Shown one piece after another: positions 9,755 through 18,871 of a DNA stretch of 64,000 nt. Origin of the DNA: Minisyncoccia bacterium (lineage in GTDB: Bacteria; Patescibacteriota; Minisyncoccia; Phycocordibacterales; UBA9973); assembly GCA_049303835.1 (NCBI GenBank), contig JBAQNN010000002.1:94492-158491 (forward strand). Reading direction: 5' to 3'. Within the stretch, counting starts at the first letter, position 1; each line of letters opens with the position of its first letter. A program made the translations under genes and the position numbers. The notes beneath the pieces are model-generated. The model searched no databases. It was not told where the DNA came from and worked only from the letters and a program-made list of their open reading frames with translations.

Positions 9755-10279
9755 ATGGAAAATTTTAAATTTATACTAATTTCAATAATTATTATCGCAG
9801 GCATGGGACTGCTCGGCTATTGGGCAATACGCACACTACCAACAGGAGACGTATATGTCAGCAAACAAAAACAACAAATACTTGAAGAAGAAAACAGAGA
9901 ACTCACAGAAGAAATCAACAGGTTAAAAAAAGAACTAACAGCATTACAACCAAAAGAAGAGGAAAAACCGGAAGTAACTACAACCACTCCAACCAAACCG
10001 ACAACTGTGACTTATAAACATCAAAGTCTGATCAATGATCTACAAAAACTTGTTACTGGTGGAATTTTTATGAAACAAGGATCACAAGGTACCAGAGTGG
10101 GCACTCTACAAACTTTCTTGAATATATATAATAATACTTCAAAAAAAGTGGACAACGACTATGGCGCGGGAATGAAAACAGACGTTATGAATTTCCAAAA
10201 AGCAGAAAAAATAACAGCGGATGGAGAAGCAGGGCCTACCACCTTCCAAAAAATGATAGATTGGCTCAAGAAACAATAG
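9755..10279 (+). CDS. membrane-anchored protein with C-terminal peptidoglycan-binding domain
   Basis: N-terminal TM helix, coiled-coil/Thr-Pro linker, PG_binding_1-like GSQGTRVGTLQTFLN...DGEAGPTTFQKM. Confidence 0.7.
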   Translation: MENFKFILISIIIIAGMGLLGYWAIRTLPTGDVYVSKQKQQILEEENRELTEEINRLKKELTALQPKEEEKPEVTTTTPTKPTTVTYKHQSLINDLQKLVTGGIFMKQGSQGTRVGTLQTFLNIYNNTSKKVDNDYGAGMKTDVMNFQKAEKITADGEAGPTTFQKMIDWLKKQ

Positions 10280-10290
10280 AATTCTATTTG

Positions 10291-10363
10291 TGCGCCCGCT
10301 CGGGATCGAACCGAGGACCTTATCCTTAAAAGGGATCTGCTCTACCAGCTGAGCTACGGGCGC
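10291..10363 (-). tRNA. tRNA-Lys (anticodon UUU), no encoded CCA
   Basis: Hand-folded cloverleaf: acceptor GCGCCCG/CGGGCGC, D arm GCTC-AGCTGGTA-GAGC, anticodon loop CTTTTAA, T arm CTCGG-TTCGATC-CCGAG. Confidence 0.9.
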
Positions 10364-10404
10364 ATATTTCTTTATGAATGTACAAATCTGATAGTACCAT
10401 ATTT

Positions 10405-11052
10405 CTAGAAAGCTTCAAGTAAAAATTGCTCAAAGGCGGATTCGGCGTCCAGACCTTTTTTTCGGGCCTCGGGCAAAAGGTAGGAAATTTTAGATACATA
10501 ATTTTTCAATTGTTCTTCGGAAAATTTACTAAAATTCTTTTTCAAAAGCATATCTTTAATTTTCCAAAAAAGCACACCGATTAACTCTTCCATTACAACT
10601 CCTTTGTCTACAGCCTGACGAAAATAAATCCAGGTGTTCAACTTGTCTTTGTTGGCAAACGCGTTTGCCAACAAAAAATTATCAAATTTTTCCTTTTTTT
10701 CTTTCGGTAATTCAAAAATATTCAGCTCTGCCCTCGCTTTTTTGAAAGCATCCAGAATCGGTTTGTTCAGTTTACTTTCCAAAAAAACAAAAATATTACC
10801 AGAACTACTCATCAGATCTAATTTTTCTAACACAAAATCACGCGTCTCTTCATGTTCAAATACGCCCAGAAAAATTACCGCCAATTTCGCAGAAAATAGA
10901 CTGGAGCCAGAATACAAACTCTCAACCTGGGCCCGGCTAAAATCATTCCTGTTCACAGAAAAAACTTCTGTACCTTCAGGTATAGATTTTATAAATTTTT
11001 CATAATTTAATATTTTATTTTGTGCATCATCACCCGAAAAGAGGTAAAGCAT
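10405..11052 (-). CDS. probable DNA polymerase III delta subunit (HolA-like, short)
   Basis: 215 aa, MLYLFSGDD...; N-terminus and overall pattern resemble short HolA proteins. No strong motif, weak call. Confidence 0.4.
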   Translation of the reverse strand: MLYLFSGDDAQNKILNYEKFIKSIPEGTEVFSVNRNDFSRAQVESLYSGSSLFSAKLAVIFLGVFEHEETRDFVLEKLDLMSSSGNIFVFLESKLNKPILDAFKKARAELNIFELPKEKKEKFDNFLLANAFANKDKLNTWIYFRQAVDKGVVMEELIGVLFWKIKDMLLKKNFSKFSEEQLKNYVSKISYLLPEARKKGLDAESAFEQFLLEAF

Positions 11053-11060
11053 AAAATTAA

Positions 11061-11555
11061 CTATAACTTAACAGATTTTTTATATTCTATATAAGGAGCC
11101 CCATATTTTATAGTCAAAATATCCTCCTCTTTTTTTAAAAAGAAAAATTTGGCTATAAAAAAATTAACAAAAGCAAAAACAACAATAAAAATTGCATTGC
11201 TTACCAAACCGAGCCCTAATGTTAGGAAAAATAATCCTAGGTGGGTAGGAGCGCGAGTAAAACGATATGGCCCATGAGTAAAGGTTTCTTTGTTGATATT
11301 TTCTTTGTTTAGCTTACGAGATGTTTTCTGTGCCCAAACAATCAAAAAAGTGGCAAAAATCAAAAACAAAAAACCTAGTAACACAACACTGTAACTATCA
11401 AAAACCCCTAGGCTGGAATTAAAAAACAAATCCAAGCAAATACTAATTAATAAAAGAAAAAAGAAAAAGAAATACGAGTGTGCTAAAACTTTATGTACAC
11501 TTTGTTTTGGAGGGCTAGTTTTATTGAAATCTTCCATACCCTTATCATACCACAA
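11061..11555 (-). CDS. isoprenylcysteine carboxyl / phospholipid methyltransferase-family membrane protein
   Basis: 164 aa, four predicted TM helices, GPYRFTRAPTHLG motif typical of the ICMT/PEMT family. Confidence 0.6.
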   Translation of the reverse strand: MWYDKGMEDFNKTSPPKQSVHKVLAHSYFFFFFLLLISICLDLFFNSSLGVFDSYSVVLLGFLFLIFATFLIVWAQKTSRKLNKENINKETFTHGPYRFTRAPTHLGLFFLTLGLGLVSNAIFIVVFAFVNFFIAKFFFLKKEEDILTIKYGAPYIEYKKSVKL

Positions 11556-11559
11556 AATG

Positions 11560-14016
11560 CTACTTTACTTCTCCCAAATTTTTCCCTGAACCAGAGTGCA
11601 CCAGAAGAGGGACATCTGTTTTAAAATGAAGATATGACCGCAAGAGTACCCCCTCCATGGCTTCTTTGATTATTTTATCGGCTGTATCCAATACACCGTC
11701 TTCGGTCTCATATACTAATTCGTCGTGAATTTGTAAAATCAAATGAACCTTATCCAACATACCGGCGTTTTTTAGATCCTCTTCCGCATACCTTATGGCT
11801 AATTTAATAATATCAGCTGCTGTACCCTGTATCGGTGCGTTTGTGGCCGTTCGCTCAGCCATATTTTTTAAAAAAGGAATTCTGGAGTTAATGTTTGGGA
11901 AATAACGCCTACGACCAAATAGAGTTTCCGTATAAGAATGTTTTTCGGCAAAAACTTTTACTCCATTTAAATAGTCCCTCACTCCCCTAAACTGATGAAA
12001 ATAATTATCGTAAAATTTTTGAGCTTCTTCGCGAGTACCTCCCAGATTTTTACGCAAGGCCGAAACCCCCATGCCATAAATAATACCGAAGTTTATAACT
12101 TTTGCCTTCCGACGCATCTCGCTGTCCACTTTCTCTATCGGAACTCCGAAAACAAATGAAGCGACCCCGGCATGAATATCTTTTTTTTCTTTAAAAACTT
12201 GGGTCATCTTTTCGTCCAAAGAAAGCATCGCTGCGACCCGCAATTCAATCTGGCTATAATCAAAAGCAATAAGTTTGTGCCCTTTTTCTGCGATAAAACC
12301 ATCCCTGATTTTTTTCCCCAATTCTGTTTTTATTGGTAAATTTTGTAGATTTGGATCCTGAGATGAAAATCTGCCGGTGGTAGAGCCATTTTGAATAAAC
12401 TTAGCGTGTAGGCGACCATCATCACCCGCCATTTTAGGGATAACATCAATATAAGTGGAAAGTAATTTCTGTAATTCCCGGTAAGCCATTATTTCTTTTA
12501 TTATTTCATTCTCTTCTTCCAATTCTTCCAATACCGAAATCTTGGTAGAAAAACCTCCACTGGCATTTTTCTTTGCCTTGTTTTTACCTGGAGATTTTAT
12601 TCCTAATTTATTAAAAAGTATTTCTCCCAGTTGTTTGGGAGAATTGATATTGAATTCTGTTCCGGCCTGCTGGTATATTTTTTTTGTTAAAATATCCAAT
12701 TCTCTGTGATATTCTTCTGATAACTTTTCAAAATATTTTTTATCTATCAAGACCCCATGGTCCTCCATTTTTTTTACGATGGGTATAATCGGTTTTTCTA
12801 TTTCTTCATAAACTTTTTCAAGATTTTGTTCTTTTAATTTTTTGAAAATATGCTCATAGGCTGTTTCAAAAGATTCGGTATGCGCATAAAGTAAAATATC
12901 TTCCAGATTTGGATTAGAAATATCAGAATTGATAATCCATAAAGCAATACTAGCTTCTTGTAGTTTTTTTGAGTCCACAGAATCCTGGCGAGAGTGCTCG
13001 GAGGAATCTTCGCTACTGGCAGAAAAACCTTGCTCCTCCAGGACAGATTGCGAATGACGGAGAGCATCTTCGCCAGGATTCTGACTTTCAAAAAAGTTTC
13101 TTAAACGTCCAAGCAAACTTCTGAATTCAAATTGGGCGAAAACTTCTTCAATTTTTTTGAAATCAGCATTTTCCCAAAAAGTCTTCTCTGGCAAAGAGAA
13201 ATTTATTGGCGCATCTGTACGGATGGTCGCCAGTGTTTTTGAAAATAAAGCTTCTTCTTCGTTATTTTTTAATAGCTCAATCATCCTAGGACTAATGCCC
13301 ACTTTTTTAAATTGTAATTCGTAATTTGTACTTCGTAATTGCTTATAAATTTCTTCTATGGTGCCAAAATTTACAATCAAGTTTTCAGCCGTCTTTTCAC
13401 CTATACCTTTGATACCAATAATATTGTCAGATGGATCTCCTCGTAATCCCTTGTAGTCTGGTAAAAGCTTTGGTTTAAAACCAAAACGTTTCACTACCGC
13501 ATCCTCATCATATAAAATAGTATCGTTGATTCCCTTCTTTAGGGTATATATTTGAACTTTCTTATCATCCACCAACTGCATGGTGTCCATATCTCCGGAA
13601 GCAATAACAATATTCAGACTTCTGTCTTTTTTGTATTTCTCAACGATAGTTCCCAACACATCATCCGCCTCAAACCCGGGAGCATCGTAAATAGGAATAC
13701 TGAAAGCCTCAAAAATCTTCCGAGAGTTTTGTAATTGCACAATGAGTGCTTCGTCGGCTTTTACCCGACCGGCCTTATACGCATCATAAGCTTCGTGTCT
13801 AAAGGTCTTTTGTGGCAAATCATAGCAAGCGACGATATAGTCTGGCTTTAGCTCGGTAATTATTTTCATCAACATGCTGGAAAGTCCGTATAGTGCCCCG
13901 GTAGGTTCACCTTTTCCAGACAAAAATTCCGGCAAGGCGTGGTAAGCACGATGAATGATGGCATGAGCATCCAACAGGACCAATTTTTTATTTTTCTGTT
14001 CTTCTGTTTTAGGCAT
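11560..14016 (-). CDS. polA: DNA polymerase I
   Basis: 818 aa, 5' nuclease domain (LLDAHAIIHRAYHA), pol motifs DYSQIELRV, RRKAKVINFGIIYG, QIHDELV. Confidence 0.95.
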   Translation of the reverse strand: MPKTEEQKNKKLVLLDAHAIIHRAYHALPEFLSGKGEPTGALYGLSSMLMKIITELKPDYIVACYDLPQKTFRHEAYDAYKAGRVKADEALIVQLQNSRKIFEAFSIPIYDAPGFEADDVLGTIVEKYKKDRSLNIVIASGDMDTMQLVDDKKVQIYTLKKGINDTILYDEDAVVKRFGFKPKLLPDYKGLRGDPSDNIIGIKGIGEKTAENLIVNFGTIEEIYKQLRSTNYELQFKKVGISPRMIELLKNNEEEALFSKTLATIRTDAPINFSLPEKTFWENADFKKIEEVFAQFEFRSLLGRLRNFFESQNPGEDALRHSQSVLEEQGFSASSEDSSEHSRQDSVDSKKLQEASIALWIINSDISNPNLEDILLYAHTESFETAYEHIFKKLKEQNLEKVYEEIEKPIIPIVKKMEDHGVLIDKKYFEKLSEEYHRELDILTKKIYQQAGTEFNINSPKQLGEILFNKLGIKSPGKNKAKKNASGGFSTKISVLEELEEENEIIKEIMAYRELQKLLSTYIDVIPKMAGDDGRLHAKFIQNGSTTGRFSSQDPNLQNLPIKTELGKKIRDGFIAEKGHKLIAFDYSQIELRVAAMLSLDEKMTQVFKEKKDIHAGVASFVFGVPIEKVDSEMRRKAKVINFGIIYGMGVSALRKNLGGTREEAQKFYDNYFHQFRGVRDYLNGVKVFAEKHSYTETLFGRRRYFPNINSRIPFLKNMAERTATNAPIQGTAADIIKLAIRYAEEDLKNAGMLDKVHLILQIHDELVYETEDGVLDTADKIIKEAMEGVLLRSYLHFKTDVPLLVHSGSGKNLGEVK
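12978..13083. repeat. hairpin-forming GC-richer segment inside polA linker
   Basis: 12978-12991 CAGAATCCTGGCGA is the exact reverse complement of 13070-13083. Stem extends by TGCTC/GAGCA; inner GGAGGA (13000-13005) pairs with TCCTCC (13034-13039). Confidence 0.55.
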
Positions 14017-14023
14017 TATCTTA

Positions 14024-14032
14024 ATTATACCA
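14024..14032 (-). promoter_or_regulatory. extended -10 (TGGTATAAT on minus strand) 7 nt upstream of polA ATG
   Basis: Read directly from the reverse complement of 14017-14032. Confidence 0.45.
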
Positions 14033-14060
14033 TTTAGAACGAAACCAATCTTTGAGTTAT

Positions 14061-14516
14061 TTATCTGAGTTTAAAATGCTTGTGTTCATTTTTATCCGTT
14101 AAAATATGGATTTTTTTGGCGTGTCCCGGTATTACCCCGGCTACATTTTCTGGCCATTCAATAAAAACCAAGTGCTCTTCGTTATTGATTATATCTTCCC
14201 ATCCCAGGTGTAATAATTCATTTTCATTTTTCAGACGATACGCATCCAGGTGAAACATAAATTTATGTTTTTTGTTTTTAAGAGAATATTTTTTTATTAT
14301 TACAAATGTCGGGCTGTTTACTTTATTTTTTACCCCGAGATGTCGGGCTATAGCCTGAACAAAAGTAGTCTTACCGGCACCCAAGTCCCCCGACAAACCG
14401 ACCACTAACGCTCCTTTTTTATTTCTTTTTTCTCCGAGTATTTTTTCAAGAAACATTTTCGCTATTTCCTTGGTTTCCCTGACGTTTTTTGAAATTTTTG
14501 TGGCATTTTTAGGCAT
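14061..14516 (-). CDS. tsaE: tRNA t6A biosynthesis ATPase TsaE
   Basis: 151 aa, GDLGAGKTTFVQ P-loop and SPTF...HLDAYR motifs. Confidence 0.85.
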   Translation of the reverse strand: MPKNATKISKNVRETKEIAKMFLEKILGEKRNKKGALVVGLSGDLGAGKTTFVQAIARHLGVKNKVNSPTFVIIKKYSLKNKKHKFMFHLDAYRLKNENELLHLGWEDIINNEEHLVFIEWPENVAGVIPGHAKKIHILTDKNEHKHFKLR

Positions 14517-14537
14517 ATAGGTTATACTTTACCATAA

Positions 14538-16235
14538 ATGGCTTCATTTGATGAAGAAAAACAAAATAAGCAGCTGGCAGAGTTGCACAAACAGGAAGAA
14601 GAGCAGTTGGTGGCTACTTTAGCTGAATCAAAATATGGCATTCCTTATATAAATCTATACCGCCTCGGTGTAGACAACGAAGCTCTGCGAGCAATATCCG
14701 AGCAAGATTCCAGAGAGATGAAGGTGGCCCCTTTTAAACTTTTTGGAAAAAATATTTTTATAGCCGTGCGCGCCCCTTCGGATAATCTTTTTGCCAGACT
14801 AAAAGAAGATATGGAAAGAAAAGGTCTCGTCCCTGTTTTTTATATGGCCTCCCTGGCGAGTCTAAATAAGGTCTGGGATAGATATAAAGAAATTTCCATG
14901 GCTGAGAGTTCTAGAATCGGAGGGTTGGATATCTCCGGAGAAGTTTTAAGGGATACAGCCAAGCAAATTGAAAAAATTCAAGACATAGAAAAAATGGTGG
15001 CAGAATCTCTGGAGGGAAATAAAATACATAAAATTTCTCGTTTGCTTGAAATAATCTTAGCTGGGGCTATAGCCATTAAGGCTTCCGATATCCACATAGA
15101 ACCAGAAAAAGATAGGGGCAGATTGCGACTACGCTTGGACGGAGTGCTTCAAGATGTAAACTTTTTCGGAACGGATGTATATAAACTACTAAACTCTCGC
15201 ATCAAACTCTTGTCTGGGATGAAACTGACCTCCACTGTGGCACAAGATGGGCGTTTTAATATTATAGAGGGAGATGAAGAAATAAGTATTCGTTGTTCCC
15301 TAATTCCAGGCTCTTACGGTGAATCAATAGTGATGCGTATCTTGGATCCAAAATCACTGCAAGTAGAACTAGAAGAACTTGGTATTGAATCTCGTCTTTT
15401 TGGAATTATAAAAGAAGAAATCGTGAAACCAAACGGCTTGATTCTGGTCACAGGTCCTACCGGATCCGGAAAGACGACCACTCTTTATGCTTTTTTGCGA
15501 AGAATATATTCTCCAGATATAAAGATAATAACCATAGAAGATCCAGTAGAATATCATCTTACGGGGGTAACTCAGACCCAAGTAAACATGGAGAGGGGTT
15601 ATACTTTTCCGGAGGGATTACGCTCCACCTTGCGCCAAGACCCGGACGTGATCATGGTCGGAGAAATTCGCGACGGAGACACTGCCTCTATTGCCGTGCA
15701 GTCTGCCTTGACGGGACATATGGTCTTCTCTACTCTCCACACCAACAACGCAGCCGGAGTCATCCCCCGTTTAATTGACCTCGGAGTCAATCCAAAAATT
15801 CTGGTATCTGCTTTATCTATCTCCATAGCCCAACGCTTGGTACGCAAACTTTGTACTTTTTGTAAAAAAGAAAGAGAGCTTACTCCAGCAGAAATAAAAA
15901 CAATGAAAATAATTACCGACGGAATGACTGAAGAGAAAAAACAAATTTCAAATTACAATATAAACCCTGACGGACCTTTCAAAACTTTTGAGGCTGTCGG
16001 TTGCGATAAATGTAACAGTACCGGATTTAAAGGACGCATCGGAATTTTTGAAGCGATAAAAACAGACGAAGAGATAGAAAAAATAATCCCAGAAAATCCG
16101 AGTGAGCGTGAAATCAAAAAAGTAGCCAAGACCCAAGGGATACTCTCTATGAGACAAGATGGATTGATAAAAATATTAAATGGAGTTACTTCTTTCTCGG
16201 AAGTACAAAGCGTCGTGGATCTAAATGAAGAGTAA
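14538..16235 (+). CDS. pilB: GspE/PilB-family type II/IV secretion (type IV pilus assembly) ATPase
   Basis: 565 aa, Walker A GPTGSGKTTT, Asp box, Walker B VIMVGEIRD, His box, C-terminal CxxC...CxxC. Confidence 0.9.
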   Translation: MASFDEEKQNKQLAELHKQEEEQLVATLAESKYGIPYINLYRLGVDNEALRAISEQDSREMKVAPFKLFGKNIFIAVRAPSDNLFARLKEDMERKGLVPVFYMASLASLNKVWDRYKEISMAESSRIGGLDISGEVLRDTAKQIEKIQDIEKMVAESLEGNKIHKISRLLEIILAGAIAIKASDIHIEPEKDRGRLRLRLDGVLQDVNFFGTDVYKLLNSRIKLLSGMKLTSTVAQDGRFNIIEGDEEISIRCSLIPGSYGESIVMRILDPKSLQVELEELGIESRLFGIIKEEIVKPNGLILVTGPTGSGKTTTLYAFLRRIYSPDIKIITIEDPVEYHLTGVTQTQVNMERGYTFPEGLRSTLRQDPDVIMVGEIRDGDTASIAVQSALTGHMVFSTLHTNNAAGVIPRLIDLGVNPKILVSALSISIAQRLVRKLCTFCKKERELTPAEIKTMKIITDGMTEEKKQISNYNINPDGPFKTFEAVGCDKCNSTGFKGRIGIFEAIKTDEEIEKIIPENPSEREIKKVAKTQGILSMRQDGLIKILNGVTSFSEVQSVVDLNEE

Positions 16236-16244
16236 AATAAAAAA

Positions 16245-16387
16245 ACATTAATCTCTAAACAATCCTTTCAGGGCTGAGCCCCAAAAGTAACAAAGTATTA
16301 TAGGATAGTACCAGCAAACTAATTAAAGCGCCAAAACGTCCTATGCAAATTCGTATAACCTGTGGCTGATTGCTTAGAGATTAATGT
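16245..16387. ncRNA. candidate structured RNA or MITE-like element closed by a 20-bp inverted repeat
   Basis: 16245-16264 ACATTAATCTCTAAACAATC versus the reverse complement of 16368-16387 (19/20 match), enclosing a 103-nt GC-richer core. No family recognised. Confidence 0.3.
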
Positions 16388-16539
16388 CTTCTTCTCTCAC
16401 CATGGTGGTGACTTCTCTCAAAAAACTCTGAGAGAATTATACTATATGTAAAAGTGCACAAGTGCTATAATGTCAATAAGTATGTGTATACCCTGTTGAT
16501 AAATGCACTATGGATACAGTATAGCATACTATAAATGTA

Positions 16540-17550
16540 ATGTCAAGTAAAAAAGGTGAAAAAATAGAAGAGTCTATCTTAGACCAGACCTTGCGTCCTG
16601 GTAGCTGGGAGGAGTATATAGGCCAAAAACACATAAAAGACAATGTTAAAATCCTACTACGGGCAGCCGAAGAACGTGGACACATACCCGAACACATCCT
16701 TTTTTACGGCCCCCCAGGTCTAGGTAAAACCACCCTGGCTCATTTGATTGCCAAAGAAACTGGCAGACAAATGAAAGTGACTTCCGGTCCAGCGATAGAG
16801 AAAGTAGGCGATTTAGCTTCTATCCTGACAAATTTGACTGCTGGCGACATTCTTTTTATAGATGAGATACACAGACTCAATAAAATGGTTGAGGAAATAC
16901 TTTACCCGGCGATGGAATCCGGGGTCCTAGATATCATCATCGGCAAAGGACCTTCGGCGCGGACAATTCAGCTTGATTTACCACCATTTACTTTGATTGC
17001 AGCGACCACTCGCGTGGCCCTCGTTTCCTCCCCTCTTCGTTCTCGTTTCTCAGGTGGAGTCTTTCGTTTGGAATTTTACTCTAACGAAGAAATTGCAAAA
17101 ATTATTGAACGCTCAAGCAAACTTTTAAAAACAAAACTGGAGGTTGAAGCTTTAAAAGAAATTGCCAAGAGAAGCAGATTTACTCCGCGCACTGCCAATT
17201 ACTTTTTGAAACGTTGCCGAGATTTTGCCCAAGTACACAAGAAAGACTTAGATCAAAAGACAGTCCGGGAAGCACTCAACATGCTCGCCATAGATGACAT
17301 TGGACTAAATTCATCCGATAGAAAATTCTTGGAAATATTGATAGAAAAATTCAATGGTGGGCCAGTGGGATTAAAAACAATAGCAGCAGCAATGTCCGAA
17401 GAAGAAGCCACAGTAGAAGAAGTAATAGAGCCATATTTAATACAGCTCGGACTACTTGAACGTTCCCCTCGCGGACGCATCGCCACCCCTAAAGCATACG
17501 AACATTTAGGATTTGATATACCAGAAAATTTACAAAAAAAATTACTTTAA
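16540..17550 (+). CDS. ruvB: Holliday junction helicase RuvB
   Basis: 336 aa, Walker A GPPGLGKTT, Walker B FIDEIHR, sensor regions. Confidence 0.95.
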   Translation: MSSKKGEKIEESILDQTLRPGSWEEYIGQKHIKDNVKILLRAAEERGHIPEHILFYGPPGLGKTTLAHLIAKETGRQMKVTSGPAIEKVGDLASILTNLTAGDILFIDEIHRLNKMVEEILYPAMESGVLDIIIGKGPSARTIQLDLPPFTLIAATTRVALVSSPLRSRFSGGVFRLEFYSNEEIAKIIERSSKLLKTKLEVEALKEIAKRSRFTPRTANYFLKRCRDFAQVHKKDLDQKTVREALNMLAIDDIGLNSSDRKFLEILIEKFNGGPVGLKTIAAAMSEEEATVEEVIEPYLIQLGLLERSPRGRIATPKAYEHLGFDIPENLQKKLL

Positions 17551-17553
17551 ATT

Positions 17554-18090
17554 ATGTCAGGCCATAACAAATGGGCGCAGATAAAACACAAGAAAGCCAT
17601 CACCGACGCAAAAAAGAGTAAGATCTTCTCCAAGCTTGTGCGTTTCATTTCTGTAGAAGCAAAACTTTCTGGTGGAAAAGAGTCACCCGGGCTTCGCGCG
17701 GCCATTGAAAAGGCCAAGAAAGTGAATATGCCGGCGGACAATATTGAAAGAGCTATTAAGAAAGCGAGTGAGCCTGGGGCACATATGGACGCCATCACTT
17801 ATGAAGCTTATGGCCCGGGTGGAGCAGGAATAATTATTGAAACGTTGACTGATAGTAAAAACAGAACGGCACAAGATATAAAACACATTCTTACAAAAAA
17901 CGGTTTTTCCTTGGGAGGTATCGGCTCTGTCACTTGGGCGTTTAAAAAAGAAAAAAGCCCCGAGGGGCTCATCTGGACACCGACTAGCACTACTTCTCTT
18001 TCAGATACAGACTTGGAACTTTTAGATAAACTCGTGGAGGACTTGGAAGAAAATGATGATGTGCAGGATGTGTACACGAATGCCGAATAG
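17554..18090 (+). CDS. YebC/PmpR-family regulator (short, 178 aa)
   Basis: MSGHNKWAQIKHKKA... canonical YebC N-terminus. Shorter than the usual ~240 aa. Confidence 0.8.
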   Translation: MSGHNKWAQIKHKKAITDAKKSKIFSKLVRFISVEAKLSGGKESPGLRAAIEKAKKVNMPADNIERAIKKASEPGAHMDAITYEAYGPGGAGIIIETLTDSKNRTAQDIKHILTKNGFSLGGIGSVTWAFKKEKSPEGLIWTPTSTTSLSDTDLELLDKLVEDLEENDDVQDVYTNAE

Positions 18091-18108
18091 AAGTGTTAAA
18101 ATAACATT

Positions 18109-18588
18109 ATGCGAATTTTAGGAATAGATCCGGGATATGAAAGACTTGGGGTCGCTATATTAGAAAAAAATAAAAACGGTGATAAGGAAAAAGTACTTTT
18201 TTCCGAATGTTTTAAAACTTCTGTTAAATTAGAATTTGCGGAACGATTAAATTTAATTGGCGAAGAAGTCAGAATGATTATAAAAAAATTCAAGCCGGAA
18301 GTTCTTTCCGTAGAAACTTTATTTCTAAATACCAATCATAAAACAGTCATGCGGGTGGCCGAAGCCCGCGGAGTAATAATTTATGAAGCTTCTCGTGCTC
18401 ATCTTAAAATATTTGAAGCCTCTCCCCCGCAAATAAAAATAGCGACTACCGGTTATGGTAAATCAGACAAGGCACAAATAATTAAAATGGTAAAAATGCT
18501 CGTAAAAATGGACAATTCTAAAACCTCAGATGATGAGTTGGATGCTATTGCTATAGCCATCACCGCTTTCGCACATACAAAAATTTAG
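18109..18588 (+). CDS. ruvC: Holliday junction resolvase RuvC
   Basis: 159 aa, MRILGIDPGY..., catalytic D/E pattern, DELDAIAIA near the C-terminus. Confidence 0.9.
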   Translation: MRILGIDPGYERLGVAILEKNKNGDKEKVLFSECFKTSVKLEFAERLNLIGEEVRMIIKKFKPEVLSVETLFLNTNHKTVMRVAEARGVIIYEASRAHLKIFEASPPQIKIATTGYGKSDKAQIIKMVKMLVKMDNSKTSDDELDAIAIAITAFAHTKI

Positions 18589-18597
18589 TTATCCACA
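18589..18597 (+). promoter_or_regulatory. perfect DnaA box TTATCCACA (extended TAGTTATCCACA, TAG = ruvC stop)
   Basis: Read directly. Confidence 0.5.
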
Positions 18598-18711
18598 CGA
18601 TATATCTATTTGCTATTGCCAAGCGTTTTTTATTTTGTTACAAAGTAGGAAATTATTAGTAGGTCGCTTTCCCGCGAGAGCGGGGTAAAAATAAAATATT
18701 AAATTTTATAT

Positions 18712-18840
18712 ATGCACGACGAGGACGAAGAAATAGAAGAAGGAGGGTTTAAGGTGGGTGATGACGAAGAACTTGATTTACCTCCAGAAGGGTTAGACGA
18801 CTTTGGGTTGGATGAAGAAGACCCTGATAAAGACAGATAA
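18712..18840 (+). CDS. possible 42-aa highly acidic micro-protein
   Basis: Own translation: MHDEDEEIEEGGFKVGDDEELDLPPEGLDDFGLDEEDPDKDR. It is followed immediately by a strong terminator and is below the track size cutoff. Confidence 0.3.
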   Translation: MHDEDEEIEEGGFKVGDDEELDLPPEGLDDFGLDEEDPDKDR

Positions 18841-18845
18841 AAACT

Positions 18846-18871
18846 AAAAAACGCCCACTCGGGCGTTTTTT
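18846..18871. terminator. bidirectional rho-independent terminator
   Basis: A-run, ACGCCC (18851-18856) / GGGCGT (18861-18866), 4-nt loop, T-run. Abuts the tyrS stop. Confidence 0.75.

Noticed and set aside
14538-16235. A type IV pilus locus around pilB.
   Set aside because: Only the ATPase is present. The neighbours are tsaE and ruvB, so no pilus operon can be claimed from this window.
16245-16387. SRP RNA, tmRNA or RNase P RNA identity for the pilB-ruvB element.
   Set aside because: I could not find the conserved SRP helix-8 motifs, a tmRNA tag reading frame with a tRNA-like end, or RNase P conserved regions. It is kept only as an unclassified candidate.
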